A DNA stretch of 64,000 bases from Candidatus Latescibacterota bacterium (GCA_965226795.1 CBDDDZ010000002.1:352001-416000), one strand, 5' to 3'; counted from the stretch's first letter, positions 9,774-21,270 are shown. Translations and numbers: made by a program. The notes: generated by a model from the letters alone, not told the origin.

Positions 9774-11072
9774 ATGGACGTGGAGCGAATGGAAAGCGAC
9801 TACCGTGGCGTCTGGTACTGTTGCGGAACCGCGAACGTGCTCCCCGGTAATAACCATGTCTATTCAGGACCGATGGCCACGTATTCGGCCTGGCATCGAC
9901 CGATGGCCGTGTACGCGCCGGCGGTAAACACGACGTACTTCGTTTTCGGCAACGAGCGGAATGCGCCGGCGATCGGCAGCTACGATCACGCCGCGCGCGC
10001 GTACTCCAGGCCCACCATTCTCGGTGCGAACCCTGACGGAGACGCCCACCGGAATCCAACTTTGTTGCTGGACGATACCGGCCGCCTCTGCGTTTTCTAC
10101 GGCGCGCACAACCACCCGACGAGGGTGCTCCGTTCGATCAGGCCCTACGCCATCGACAGTTGGCGGGAGTGTGCCACTATCGTGGATCCCGGAACCTCCT
10201 ATCCCCAGCCGTTCCAACTCCTGCCCGGCGAGATATTCGTGTCCTACCGCGAGAGCTCCAGCGGGTGGCGATCGCGCGTATCGAGGAACCACGGCGAAAC
10301 GTGGGAGGATCCGGTCGAAATCGTCGAGTTCCAGGGCTGCGCGATCTACGCCATGTCCATCGCGGAGACGGGCGACTATCCTCGAAGCGTCCATCTGGCC
10401 TGGTCGCGGCTCGGCGGCGGAACCGACGAGGAGATCCGAACGAAGCACCTCTGGGCGAGGCGCTATAACATCTACTATGCCTGTTCCGACGATGGCGGAA
10501 GGACCTGGCGGCGCAGTGACGGCACCCTGTACGACCTGCCGGTGAAGGAGGCGGCAGCAGAGAAGCTTTACGACTGCGGCGAACGGGGCGTGTGGCTGAA
10601 GGATATCCAATTGGGTCCGGACGGCCGGCCCTTCATCCTGTTTATCGACGCGGATCCGTTCACCTACGTAAGTCATTGGAAATGCGGTCGCTTTTCCGAC
10701 GACGGGTGGCGGTTCAGTGATATCGCCGTTGGAGATCACATGTACGACGACGGCGGGATGGTGATCGAAGACCGATCGGTAACTGTCTACGCGCCGACCA
10801 CGGCGTCTCAGCCGCGGGAGGACGGCGGGGAGATCGACGTGTGGCGGTCCGCCGACGGGGACGGGCCCTGGCAACGTGGCGAGCAGCTCACCGCGGGATC
10901 GGATCTGTCGCACAACAACGTGAAGGTCGTATTCAATCACCAGGCGGGGCCAGGAGACATGCAGGTATTCTGGACCTACGGCGACAGCCTGTCCCCACCC
11001 TCGACAAGGGAGTCGAGGCTGTTCGCTTATGGACGGAAGATGGATGGGGCCAGGTTAATTCGGTCGGGTTGA
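9774..11072 (+). CDS. BNR/Asp-box repeat beta-propeller protein (sialidase-like fold)
   Basis: SRNHGETW, SDDGGRTW, SADGDGPW Asp-boxes; DAH.NP and SYPQP; start may be 9789. Confidence 0.8.
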   Translation: MDVERMESDYRGVWYCCGTANVLPGNNHVYSGPMATYSAWHRPMAVYAPAVNTTYFVFGNERNAPAIGSYDHAARAYSRPTILGANPDGDAHRNPTLLLDDTGRLCVFYGAHNHPTRVLRSIRPYAIDSWRECATIVDPGTSYPQPFQLLPGEIFVSYRESSSGWRSRVSRNHGETWEDPVEIVEFQGCAIYAMSIAETGDYPRSVHLAWSRLGGGTDEEIRTKHLWARRYNIYYACSDDGGRTWRRSDGTLYDLPVKEAAAEKLYDCGERGVWLKDIQLGPDGRPFILFIDADPFTYVSHWKCGRFSDDGWRFSDIAVGDHMYDDGGMVIEDRSVTVYAPTTASQPREDGGEIDVWRSADGDGPWQRGEQLTAGSDLSHNNVKVVFNHQAGPGDMQVFWTYGDSLSPPSTRESRLFAYGRKMDGARLIRSG

Positions 11073-11111
11073 ACGGCAGTAACGGAACGATCGATCGCCC
11101 GCGCGCGAGGT

Positions 11112-11602
11112 TTGGTTTGTGAGGCGTCGCGTGTTGCGTTTGTCGATCTGAAATTTGGAGGAACGGAGGAGCAGATCATCGCGAGGGGTACAGACTGGTG
11201 CACCGACGTGGCGCGAGTGGGGTGCGCGCTGTATCAGGTTGTCGGCTTCCCCTGCCGCATCGTGAATATCTTCAATCTCGATGCAGCCTACAGCGGCCAT
11301 GTAATCGTCGAAGTCTATCGACTCGGAACCTGGGGTGCTGTCGACACGAGTTCCGGGGTCGTCTATCGGAGAGACGATGGCCTGCCGGCAACGACCTGGG
11401 ACCTGATGAACGCCGCCGAATTGGTAGCCCGGCACGAGGGTCCCAAAGCCTGGTATACACAACCGTCTCAGTTCACGGCAGCCGGGGTCGCCAACTACCG
11501 CGTGCAGGATTCGGATTTGTATGACTATACCGTAACCGGATTGAACGAATTCACCCGTGCGATCCTGGCCATGTCCGAACAGGGCTGGCCCGGCGGCGTT
11601 CG
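11112..11602 (+). pseudogene. Transglutaminase-like protein fragment
   Basis: WCTDVAR (Cys), GHVIVEVY (His), WGAVD (Asp); no good start, and the 3' end runs into the DUF4160 gene. Confidence 0.65.
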
Positions 11603-11839
11603 ATGCCTACCGTTTGTCGGGTTGGACCGTGCCGGCTTTTCTTCTATTCGAGCGATCGTGATGAACCTCCTCACGTTCATGTCGAGAGTGAAAATAAAGT
11701 AGCCAAGTTCTGGCTTCAGCCAGTTCGGCTTCAAGGCAGCGGAGGGTTTAGTCGAGCTGAAATCAAAAGGATTCAGAAAGCGGTAACAGACAACAAGAAA
11801 CTTTTGCTGCGAGGGTGGGATGGATTCTTTACAGACTGA
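11603..11839 (+). CDS. DUF4160 family protein (putative toxin partner)
   Basis: MPTV...G..LFFYS.D..EPPHVHV....AKFWL. Confidence 0.85.
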   Translation: MPTVCRVGPCRLFFYSSDRDEPPHVHVESENKVAKFWLQPVRLQGSGGFSRAEIKRIQKAVTDNKKLLLRGWDGFFTD

Positions 11840-12134
11840 ACGCATAGTTGCCAAAGCCGAGGATATTGTTGTGACAGACGATACTTTGACTGTCGATTTT
11901 GCCGACGGGCGCAGTATATCGGTACCATTGGCGTGGTATCCCCGGCTTGTTCACGGAACGCCGAGAGAACGAAACAACTGGAGAATAATAGGAAACGGAG
12001 AAGGGTTTCATTGGCCGGATTTGGACGAGGACCTTAGTGTGGAAGGGCTGCTTCTTGGCAGGCCATCCGGTGAAAGTCAGCGATCCTTTCAGCGATGGCT
12101 GGACGAGCGTGCGAAACGTCTCGAAAAACTGTGA
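11820..12134 (+). CDS. DUF2442 family protein (putative antitoxin partner)
   Basis: DGRSISVPLAWYPRL, GFHWPDLDEDLSVEGLL. Confidence 0.9.
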   Translation: MDSLQTERIVAKAEDIVVTDDTLTVDFADGRSISVPLAWYPRLVHGTPRERNNWRIIGNGEGFHWPDLDEDLSVEGLLLGRPSGESQRSFQRWLDERAKRLEKL

Positions 12135-12396
12135 GTTCTCAGGCGACATAATCCTGTAAATGAAATCATCCAGAGGTAGACTCCTGATTTGACGGATCTA
12201 TTTTTGATGCGGAGGCACTTCCATCAATGGCAATTCCGCACCATTCCCCCCAGTGCGGAAGGCCGCGGAATAATGTACTGCATTTTTCTCAATATCGACT
12301 CCTATCCTCAGACAATGCCTACACCCTTTCAGTCCTCCTGAATGAAAAACCCGAGCCTTCCGCGCTGCCTTATATTCGATCTATCCGAAGTATTCA

Positions 12397-14195
12397 GTGC
12401 GCCGTGAAAAGGCGCGGAACTCCAGTGGGTGAAAGTCCCACCCGACAAATGTTGCTGCAGTCGGTAGCAATCGGAGCGGGGACGTAGGTAACGACATCTC
12501 CGAAGCCTCCGGTGTAGAGGGTCGCAAGGCGACTCGGCGAGTATGCAGGCCGTAACGTGAGTGAACGCTGAGCAGGCCTCGAAAACGGTAATGCGGGAGC
12601 CGACCCGCCTGAATTACGGGGAAGGCCGCCGTCGTTGGGTAAGAAAGCAACGGGTGCACCCAACGGTCCCGCCGGGGTAATGGCGACGGCATGTATACAA
12701 GGAGATCCGACGCAACACGGGAAGCCCCAACGGTGGTGGAGGGACACCAACCGGCAGCCCGCGAGGGACAGGCCGGGCGGTTTGGGGTGGCGGAGAGGCC
12801 CGTAGTACCTGCGATGCCGGGTAACGCCGGCGGAGGGAAGGGGCCTTGGTTCAAGGGCAACGTCAAAGGAGCGAGAGCCGGGAGAGTGGCATGGGCCTAA
12901 GACCTCCGGAAAAGGTTTGGAAGCTGCAGAGGACGTTGCATGCCAAAGCGAAGGAATCGCCCGATTACCGATTCTATGCGCTGTATGACAAGGTGTATCG
13001 CGAGGACATCCTGCTTTATGCCTACCGCAGCTGCAAGGCCAACGGCGGTGCGGCGGGCGTGGACGGACAGACCTTTGAGGATATCGAGTCATACGGACGG
13101 GACCAGTGGTTAGGCGAACTGGCGGAAGCCGTGAGGAGCAAATCGTATCGAGCGGATCCGATTCGTCGGGTCTACATCCCCAAGGGTGACGGCAAGCAAA
13201 GACCGCTGGGGATACCGACGGTGAAGGACCGGGTGGTGCAAAGGGCAGCGATGTTGGCAATGGAGCCAATCTTTGAAGCGGACCTGCCAGCACAGCAGTA
13301 TGCCTACCGCCCGAATCGGAGCGCGCACGACGCCACCAGGGCGGTCCACGCCCTGGTGAACAGGGGCCATACGCAGGTCATCGACGCCGACTTGAGCGGC
13401 TACTTCGACACGATCCCTCACGCCGAGCTGATGAAATCGGTGGCGCGGCGCATCTCAGACGGGAAGATGCTGAGTCTGATCCTGACCGCCCCGGTTGAAG
13501 AGACCGACGCGCGGGGACGGAAACGGCGAACAACGCCGAACAAGGATCAGGGAAGGGGGATACCACAAGGCGCCCCCCTCTCCCCGTTGCTGGCGAACCT
13601 GTATATGCGGCGGTTCATCCTGGGATGGCAGCTTCTGGGACATCAGCAGCGCCTGAACGCTCATATTGTCAACTACGCGGACGATTTTGTGATTTGCTGT
13701 CGCGGCACCGCACAAGAAGCGATGCGCGGATGCGATCCATCATGAAAGCGCTTAAGTTGTATGCACGCTTGAAGGACATTTGACTTCTCTGGGCTACAAT
13801 CGGTCGCTGTTATCAAAGACGGGAGGCCTATATCGGCACGCGCCCGTCCTATCTGTCGGGCCATCAGCGAGGCCACAATGCCTGAACCGAAACATTTCCC
13901 TTTCGGAGTGTGGATGCCCACACCCGGTCGGCTCCGCTGGTGGTTGTGTAACAAGCACAAGATACCGGGAAAGGGAAATCACGCTTCCCTGACGAGGTCC
14001 TCTACGATACCCTGGGCCTGACCCGGCTGGAAGTGCAGACACGCAACTTTCCGTGGGCGAACGCATGAATCCTTGTCCGAGAGCCGGATGCGATCCGCAA
14101 GTCCGGTTCGATGAGCGGGATTGGAAACAGAGCACGGAGAGGCTATTCGCCAGGAAAGGGGCGGAAACAGATAGGCCCCTCCTAAACCACCGCTC
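12397..14195 (+). mobile_element. Degenerate group II intron
   Basis: 5' GTGCG at 12397, ~500 nt structured leader, RT ORF, domain V-like GAGAGCCGGATGCG..ATCCGCAAGTCCGGTTCGATGAG near 14079-14116; canonical 3' end not seen, so end is approximate. Confidence 0.88.
12891..14068 (+). pseudogene. ltrA: Group II intron reverse transcriptase/maturase, frameshifted after the RT core
   Basis: GAAGVDG, RPLGIPTVKDRVVQ, DADLSGYFD, PQGAPLSPLLAN, NYADDF; downstream FDF.GY and YIGTRP remnants lie in shifting frames. Confidence 0.88.
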
Positions 14196-14231
14196 CCCGG
14201 GGTCGAAAAGCGTGTATCCCGGAGGCTATCT

Positions 14232-14744
14232 TTGCCCGAGGATGGCCTATTGGAGTGTTTCGCGGGAGATCCGCTGATTCGGGTCCTTGAGGGACGAATT
14301 TCAGAGGATTCCTATCTGGGCGGAATTCTGGAGCGAACTGGGTGGAACCTGGATCTGGTGTCGCTCAAACGAATGCTCAGGGATAACTTCCACGTCCGGA
14401 TCGAGGGTTCGCTCGACATTTTGCGCGAGGTCGCCAGGAGCCATCGTGTTGTCATGCTATCGGACCACGTTCGGGAGTGGATGTCGTACATCGGTTCAAT
14501 CCATTCTTTTCTCGATGTATTCGACGATCGGTTCTACTCCTACGAATTGGGAAAGACCAAGTCCGATCCGACGGTTTTCCTGGATGTCCTCGATGAACTC
14601 GGCTTCGCACCAGGGGAGTGTCTCTTTATCGACGATCGAATCCAGAACGTGAGGAACGTGGAATCGGTCGGCCTGCCGTGCTTCGATTTTCGCGACGCCG
14701 GACAGTTGAGGATCGACCTGGAGAGAAGACAGATCCTGCCCTGA
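14232..14744 (+). pseudogene. HAD-family hydrolase lacking its N-terminal DxD motif
   Basis: LSD, K.DP, CLFIDD...NV motifs; begins right after the intron remnant. Confidence 0.7.
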
Positions 14745-14868
14745 TGTCGCGAAATACGAAAACGGTCGGCAGATTCTGTCGGGTACGACGCAATGCGACT
14801 TTACCGGCGGCCCCCCAGGATACCCGCAAACCAGCAGACGTCCGGCTCCAAATTGCAAAGGCTATACG

Positions 14869-15750
14869 GTGATCGAGATATTGTCTCACGACTGTGCCGG
14901 TGAGTTGATTTCCCATTCCGCCGCTTACCTGGAAACGCGCGAGAGTGAGCATAGCCTGCCGCTCGGCCTGATGTACGGGCTTGCAAGGAATCCGCACGGC
15001 GACGGTGCCGAACCCCCTTTATTGTTGAGCGTCCAGGATAAGGGTCGGGCGGTTGGCGTGGCTATCATGACGAAGGGAAGAAAGCTCATCCTGAGCAGAG
15101 TCGATGCGAGAATTAGGGACGTGGTGGTTCCTTTGATTCGCCATTTGCGGGAAAACGAGGTCTCAATACCTGGTGTTGTCGGACCGTCGGCGGAAGCCCG
15201 GGCTTTTGCAGATTGTTGGGCCGCGGCCCCGCGAGGCGTAACTTCCAATCTGGCCATGCGGATGCGTGTATTCGAGATCAGAGAGGTCGCCGACGTGCCT
15301 CTTTCTGGCGGGGAATTGCGCCTGGCTGGTATGGGCGATCATTCTCTGATGGCGCAATGGATTGCCGAGTTCTCGGGGGCGATCGGTGAGCCGGCAGATT
15401 TCGAGGCGGCCGCTCGCGGCGCCGAGCGGTTTATTCAGGCTGAACAACTGTACATCTGGGATTGCGGGGGGCCGGTTTCCATTGCGAAGACGTCCAGTGC
15501 GACCCCAAATGGTATAACGGTCAATACAGTGTACACGCCTGCGGAGTATCGCAACAGGGGATACGCGACTTCGTGCGTCTGGTCGCTGACGAAAAAGCTC
15601 CTCTCGGACCGCTATTCATTTTGCAGTCTATATACCGACCTATTGAATCCGACGTCGAACGACATCTATTCGAAAATCGGCTATTCGCCTGTGGGGGATG
15701 CGTTGGCATTTGAATTCACGTATTCCGGGGTCCCGGACGTTTTGACTTGA
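14869..15750 (+). CDS. GNAT family N-acetyltransferase
   Basis: VYTPAEYRNRGYA, LYTD..NPTSN.IY.KIGY. Confidence 0.9.
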   Translation: MIEILSHDCAGELISHSAAYLETRESEHSLPLGLMYGLARNPHGDGAEPPLLLSVQDKGRAVGVAIMTKGRKLILSRVDARIRDVVVPLIRHLRENEVSIPGVVGPSAEARAFADCWAAAPRGVTSNLAMRMRVFEIREVADVPLSGGELRLAGMGDHSLMAQWIAEFSGAIGEPADFEAAARGAERFIQAEQLYIWDCGGPVSIAKTSSATPNGITVNTVYTPAEYRNRGYATSCVWSLTKKLLSDRYSFCSLYTDLLNPTSNDIYSKIGYSPVGDALAFEFTYSGVPDVLT

Positions 15751-15822
15751 GGGGTCGATGTCGCTCGGACACGCCCGGTGAGTGACGGAGTACGGATGTT
15801 TCTCACGAGAATGGAGTCTGGT

Positions 15823-16977
15823 ATGAAGTACGATCTGCTCATCAAGGGAGGGACGCTGGTCGATCCCGCGGAAAACCTGAGTGGCGCGCGGGATGTGGGG
15901 TTCGGGGCGGGGAGGGTTGTTGCTGTCGGTGAGTGTCTCGAAAGGGAAGACGCCCGCGAGGTGATCGACGCGACGGGTTGCGTGGTGACGCCGGGCCTGA
16001 TCGATCTTCACGTCCATGTGTTTGCCGGCGTCAGTCATTTCGGCGTTGAACCCGATCCTACGTGTCTGGCTCGAGGAGCAACGACCGTGGTCGATGCCGG
16101 ATCTGCGGGCGCCGATATTTTTCCGGGTTTCCGGAAATACGTGATCGATGTGAGTGAGACGCGAATTCTGGCGCAGATGAATATCTCGTCGCAGGGTATG
16201 CTCACAGCTGAGATCGGCGAGTTCGAGATTCCCGAGTACGCGGATGTGGATAAGGCATGCCGCATGATTGAGCGGCACCGCGACGTCGTTCTGGGTGTGA
16301 AGGTTCGGCTTACGAGGAATACAATTGTCAGCGAGCGGTCCGGAATGCTTCCTCTCTACAGGGCGAGAGAGGCAGCAGACGCGGCCGGATTGCCCATTAT
16401 GGTACACCCGCAGGATGCGTGGTGCGATTCGATTGACGATATTCTGAGGGTGATGAAAGGCGGAGATATTTTAACGCATTGTTTCCACGACTATCCGTGC
16501 GGGATTCTCGATGGTGCGGGTCGTGTCCGCGATTCGGTTCTGGCAGCGATTGAACAGGGCATTGTGTTCGACGTGGGACATGGCGCGGGATCGTTTTCGT
16601 GGGAAGTCGTCGAGGCGGCGCTGTCGCAGGATGTCCTGCCAACCACGATTTCATCGGATCTGCACATTTACAATGTAGACGGTCCTGTTTACGATCTCGC
16701 TTCCGTGGTGACGAAATTTCTTCACCTGGGTCTGTCGATGGAGGAGGCGATCTCGCGCGTGACGTCCGTGCCTGCCGAGGTTATTGGAATGAAGGGCGAG
16801 GTGGGGACGCTGGCGAAAGGGGCGTTCGGGGATGCCGTTGTGCTTGAGCTGCGTATAGGAGACTTTCGTCTCGAGGACTCGAGAGGGGAAGTTCGGACGG
16901 GCATGCGCAGTCTGGTACCGGTGACGGTCGTCAAGGGCGGCCGGGTCTATACGTCCCGACGCACAGGTGGAAAGTGA
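15823..16977 (+). CDS. Amidohydrolase/deacetylase family metallohydrolase (dihydroorotase-like)
   Basis: PGLIDLHVH, VVDAGSAG, GVKVR, THCF, FDVGHGAGSFS, ISSDLH. Confidence 0.9.
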   Translation: MKYDLLIKGGTLVDPAENLSGARDVGFGAGRVVAVGECLEREDAREVIDATGCVVTPGLIDLHVHVFAGVSHFGVEPDPTCLARGATTVVDAGSAGADIFPGFRKYVIDVSETRILAQMNISSQGMLTAEIGEFEIPEYADVDKACRMIERHRDVVLGVKVRLTRNTIVSERSGMLPLYRAREAADAAGLPIMVHPQDAWCDSIDDILRVMKGGDILTHCFHDYPCGILDGAGRVRDSVLAAIEQGIVFDVGHGAGSFSWEVVEAALSQDVLPTTISSDLHIYNVDGPVYDLASVVTKFLHLGLSMEEAISRVTSVPAEVIGMKGEVGTLAKGAFGDAVVLELRIGDFRLEDSRGEVRTGMRSLVPVTVVKGGRVYTSRRTGGK

Positions 16978-16997
16978 CATGATATTGGGAGACGGAT

Positions 16998-18932
16998 ATG
17001 TCGTCGTCAATTAAACCCGAGCAAACGTACGATCTGATCGGCGTATCGGATGTGCATATCGCGGCGGACGGTTCAGCCCTGGTTTTCGTGCGGCAGGAGA
17101 TCGACAGAGAGACGATGAAGCGGGAGTCGCGGATCGTAATGCAGTCGCTTGAGGGCGGTACACCCTTCGATGTGACGGAAGGACCGGGGGATGGGGCGCT
17201 TCGACTCTCAGCAGACGGGAAGACCCTGGCTTTTTTGCGTTCGGGGGAGGATGACAAAAGGCAGGTCTGGGTGACGCAGGTTGATGGAGGGGACACGAGA
17301 CAGGTGACGACGCTTCCCGATGGGGTGAAGGATATGGCGTGGTCGCCCGATGGTTCGGAATTTGTCGTTGTGTCGCGAGTGGATCCGGATCGCACGCCGG
17401 AAGACCACGATGAGGAGACGATGCCGAGGACGCGCGTCGCCCGTCGCGTGCGATACCGTGATGATGGAGACGGCTGGCGGGGTGACGCGTTTTCGCAGTT
17501 GTTTCTGGTGGATGCCATGACCGGCCGGGCCGAACAGATTACCGACGGGGAGGGCAATCACGAGGCGCCGGCGTGGTCTCCGGACGGAAGCCGAATTGCA
17601 TTTGTGGCCGACAGCGTTCAGGGCCGCGATTTCGTGCGGGGTTCAGAGGTCCATGTGATGGAAAAGGCGGGAGGGACGTCGCGTTGCTGGTCGCGGGGAC
17701 TGAGCCGTGCGGAGTCCGTGGCGTGGTCTCTGGATGAAAAACGGCTGGCGGCTGCGGGTTCTCACCACGCGGACGTGTGGGATTCAAGGCAATCGTGGCT
17801 GTTTGTGCTCGAGGAGGCCGGCAAGCCGGTGTGCGTGGCGGGTGATGTGTATACTGTTGTGCAACCTCTTGCGCCGCGGTGCTGGACGCCGAAGGGCGGG
17901 ATATTGTTTATCGGTGATAGAGCGGGTGAGTCGTTCTTGTGCCGGGTGAATCTCGATGGGTCTGCGCCACGGATCGAAGTTGTGGATGGAGGCGGTCAGG
18001 AACTTACGGGTCTGTCGGTTGATCGCACCGGTGCCCGCGTCGCCATGTCGATGTCCTCCCCATCCTGTCCGTGCGACGTGGCGGTGCTGGAGGTGGGCGC
18101 GAAGCGCCAGCGCGTCGTGACGGCCGTGAACGCGGGGTTATTGGAGGCTTATCCCGGTGCGCGCGTGGAGAAGCTGATGTTCGAGCGGGGCGGCCAGAAG
18201 ATTCAGGCGCGCGTGCTGTTTCCACGGGATTTCGATGGTGCGAAGTCATATCCGTTGGTGCTGGATATTCACGGGGGACCGAACGGGCGTTTTTCGGATT
18301 CGTACGATGTCACGCATCAGATCCTGGCGGGTGCGGGGTATATCGTGCTGGCTGTGAATCCAAGGGGGTCGTCGTCATACGGGCCGGATTTTCTGAAGGC
18401 GGTGCTGGGGGATTGGGGCGGGGAGGATTTCCTGGATCTGATGGCGGGCGTTGACGTGCTGTGCGAACGGCCCTACGTGGATTCGGACAGGTTGGGGGTT
18501 CACGGATACAGTTACGGCGGTTTTATGAGTAGTTGGATCGTCGGTCACGACCATCGTTTCAAGGCGGCGGTGATCGGTGCTCCGTGCATCAATTTGTACA
18601 GCATGTACGGGACGTCGGATATCGGGGTGTCGTTCGGAGAGAATCAGTGGGGAGGTTCGGTCCTTGAGAACGTGGAAGCGCTTGTGAAACGATCGCCGCT
18701 GACGTATGCATCGGAGGTCCGTGCGCCGGTGTTGCTGATGCACGGCGAGGAGGACTACCGATGTCCAATTGAGCAGGCCGAGCAGTTTTTTGTCGCGCTG
18801 AAGCGACAGGGAAAGACCGTGGAGTTTGTGCGATTTCCGAAGTCGTCCCACGGGTTCAGGAGGAGTGGACATCCGGCGCTGCACGTGGAATATCTCGACA
18901 GGATGTTGTCGTGGTTGGAGAAGTACGTGTGA
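16998..18932 (+). CDS. S9 family peptidase (acylaminoacyl peptidase-like)
   Basis: WSPDG propeller repeats, IHGGP, GYSYGG nucleophile, HGEED.RCP, SHGF. Confidence 0.93.
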   Translation: MSSSIKPEQTYDLIGVSDVHIAADGSALVFVRQEIDRETMKRESRIVMQSLEGGTPFDVTEGPGDGALRLSADGKTLAFLRSGEDDKRQVWVTQVDGGDTRQVTTLPDGVKDMAWSPDGSEFVVVSRVDPDRTPEDHDEETMPRTRVARRVRYRDDGDGWRGDAFSQLFLVDAMTGRAEQITDGEGNHEAPAWSPDGSRIAFVADSVQGRDFVRGSEVHVMEKAGGTSRCWSRGLSRAESVAWSLDEKRLAAAGSHHADVWDSRQSWLFVLEEAGKPVCVAGDVYTVVQPLAPRCWTPKGGILFIGDRAGESFLCRVNLDGSAPRIEVVDGGGQELTGLSVDRTGARVAMSMSSPSCPCDVAVLEVGAKRQRVVTAVNAGLLEAYPGARVEKLMFERGGQKIQARVLFPRDFDGAKSYPLVLDIHGGPNGRFSDSYDVTHQILAGAGYIVLAVNPRGSSSYGPDFLKAVLGDWGGEDFLDLMAGVDVLCERPYVDSDRLGVHGYSYGGFMSSWIVGHDHRFKAAVIGAPCINLYSMYGTSDIGVSFGENQWGGSVLENVEALVKRSPLTYASEVRAPVLLMHGEEDYRCPIEQAEQFFVALKRQGKTVEFVRFPKSSHGFRRSGHPALHVEYLDRMLSWLEKYV

Positions 18933-18954
18933 ATGCCGGATCGCTGGTCTTATT

Positions 18955-19813
18955 TCAGTGCATGTGCCATCGCGAAAGCAACGCCATAAGGGCGATACCG
19001 GCAATAATCAATGCAAACTTCGCCACGCGGTCGCTGTCTTTCTCGGGCAATGGGCACGTCGTCGTCCCCGGCCAGGGCGCTCAGTACGTATTTCGCCAGC
19101 CGCATTTCGCGCGTTGACATCTCCGAATCGATAATTTCAACGGTTGCCACGTAGATAAAGGTCCCGGCGGCAAGTGCGTTGAAGCTTCCCGCGATGAGGG
19201 CCGTAGTTTTCTCGTTTCCGGCCAGGGCAACCGCGGACAACAAGCCGATCAGAACGCCAAACGGCGTCATGGAAACGAAGATCGCCAGCATGGATTTCTG
19301 TTGTCGCGCCCGGACGCCGGCCTTATGGACGCTGACCATAAGCGCAAAAGCGGCCGATCCCTTGTGGGAGAGGATCCCAAGCAAAATGACGAACGAGCCC
19401 ACCATGTGGGACTCCAGTCCCAGAGAAATACCGGCAATCACCGAGTGGACTGAAAGTAACGCGAGCAGCACGAACGGGTAGAAGGATTGGTGCATCTGCA
19501 GTTTGTCCGGTGTCTCGCCTGAATGGTGATCGCCGTAAATGACGCGATCGATCAGCAAGAGGGCGCCGAGGCCCAGCGTCGCCAGCAGCGCGGCCAACGG
19601 GTAATCCACGACCCCCTCCAGTTTTTCCATTCCTTCGGGCAACAGGTGGATGAAACCGACCCCAAGGAAGAGTCCACCGGCAAAGGCATTGCCCAGTGAA
19701 AAGAACCGCCGGCTGAATTCGTGGCGTGCGGCCAGGAGGGGTATTGCGCCACCGATCACGCCGACGGCCAGGATTGCAACGGCGGCAAGCAATTTAAACG
19801 TTAAAAGCGGCAT
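18955..19813 (-). CDS. ZIP family zinc transporter with a +1 frameshift near the 3' end
   Basis: FAGGLFL...FIHLLPE, HSVIAG, HKG, GTFIY; last TM helix (VAKFALIIAGIALMALL) is in a shifted frame after ~19050. Confidence 0.85.
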
Positions 19814-20077
19814 GGGTTCAAGATCCGAAGGCTAAAAATTGTGTGAACGACCCTGAGTTACCTGGACAGACACCGCCCTGGAACGTGCAACTCACAAATG
19901 AATCAGTTTCGATTGCCCCAATATAGGATTTTTCTCACGCGGAAACCAACCATTTTTGGCTTTCGGACCAACTCGCGCCATTGGATTTGCGCGATTTGGC
20001 GCGGGTTGCCCGCCGGGCGCTATGTGGATTGGGGAATCAGCAATTATCGACTGATCACACGAAATTGAGGAGAATCA

Positions 20078-20422
20078 ATGACCATTAAGCGATATCCGGG
20101 CAAAGCCTTCGGCCGCAGCGAATCCGTCGAACACAACGGCATCGTGTATACAGCTGTCATCGCGCCGGACCTGTCGGCAGACTTCAGGGATCAGACCCGG
20201 CAGGCTCTGGAACAACTCGACGCCAATCTCGCGGGGGCCGGCACCGGCAGAACGCGGCTCCTTTCCGCTACGGTGTATATCACGGATATGTCCAGGAAAC
20301 CCATCCTCAACGAGGTCTGGGACGCCTGGATCGGGTCGGATTACTGGCCCCAGCGCGCCTGCGTGGAGGTCAAACTGGAGGGTGACACGCTCGTAGAGAT
20401 CGTCGCGATCGCCGCGAAATAG
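20078..20422 (+). CDS. RidA/YjgF family protein
   Basis: QTRQAL..LD..L..AGT, NEVWDAW, PQRACVE, VEI. Confidence 0.9.
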   Translation: MTIKRYPGKAFGRSESVEHNGIVYTAVIAPDLSADFRDQTRQALEQLDANLAGAGTGRTRLLSATVYITDMSRKPILNEVWDAWIGSDYWPQRACVEVKLEGDTLVEIVAIAAK

Positions 20423-20445
20423 GTGGCATATATGGAATACGAAAA

Positions 20446-21270
20446 ATGAGTGAAAGCAAGGTCGTTGAAAGAACCGAAACGCCTGCGACGATTGAATCGT
20501 TGCAGAAGGATCTACGAGCGCTTGGCGTCAGACCGGGAATGGTCGTGTTGGCGCATTCATCCTTGAGCGCGATGGGATGGGTGTGCGGAGGAGCCGTAGC
20601 GGTTGTTACTGCTCTTCCGAGAGTCGTGGGATCTACCGGAACGCTCGTGATGCCCGCGCACTCATCCGGATTAAGCGAGCCGAGCAAGTGGGAAAATCCT
20701 CCTGTGCCGGAGTCGTGGTGGCCGGTCATTCGCGAGAACATGCCGGCTTATCATCCAGCGCTTACGCCCACTCATTCTATGGGCATTATCGCGGAGACAT
20801 TCCTTAAGCAGAGAGGGGTTCTACGCAGTTCGCACCCGCAGACCTCGTTTTGTGCGTACGGCCCTCAAGCATCGCAAATCGTGAATGATCATTCACTGGC
20901 TTTCGGCCTGGGCGAGCATTCGCCGCTTGCGAGAATCTACGATTTGCGCGGTTTTGTCCTTCTACTCGGTGTGAGTCATGGTGTGAATACTTCCATGCAT
21001 CTTGCGGAATACCGGGCGAATTTTCCATCCAGGCGCGTTGTGCGGGAGGGCGCTCCGATCTCTGCGTCGGGTTTAAGGGCATGGACTGTCTTTGAAGAAG
21101 TCGAACCGGATAGTTCGGATTTCGATCGCATAGGTGAGGATTTTCTGAGGTCGGACACGGGGAACGTGGTGTGTCAGGGCAAGGTTGGCCTCGCGAGTTG
21201 CCAACTTATACCGCAGCGCGATGTTGTGGATTTCGCAGTCGACTGGCTGGAGGAGAATAGACAGAAATGA
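20446..21270 (+). CDS. AAC(3)/YokD-like N-acetyltransferase
   Basis: HSSLS.MGWVCGG, GTLVMP, RSSHP..SF, SPL, NTSMHLAE. Confidence 0.9.
   Translation: MSESKVVERTETPATIESLQKDLRALGVRPGMVVLAHSSLSAMGWVCGGAVAVVTALPRVVGSTGTLVMPAHSSGLSEPSKWENPPVPESWWPVIRENMPAYHPALTPTHSMGIIAETFLKQRGVLRSSHPQTSFCAYGPQASQIVNDHSLAFGLGEHSPLARIYDLRGFVLLLGVSHGVNTSMHLAEYRANFPSRRVVREGAPISASGLRAWTVFEEVEPDSSDFDRIGEDFLRSDTGNVVCQGKVGLASCQLIPQRDVVDFAVDWLEENRQK

Noticed and set aside
12891..13745. RT as a DGR, retron or defence RT
   Set aside because: It has a GTGCG 5' end, domain V and group II RT motifs; I saw no template/variable repeat pair or msr-msd
20446..21270. Bona fide aminoglycoside resistance gene
   Set aside because: Family membership alone does not establish substrate; YokD-like members are widespread
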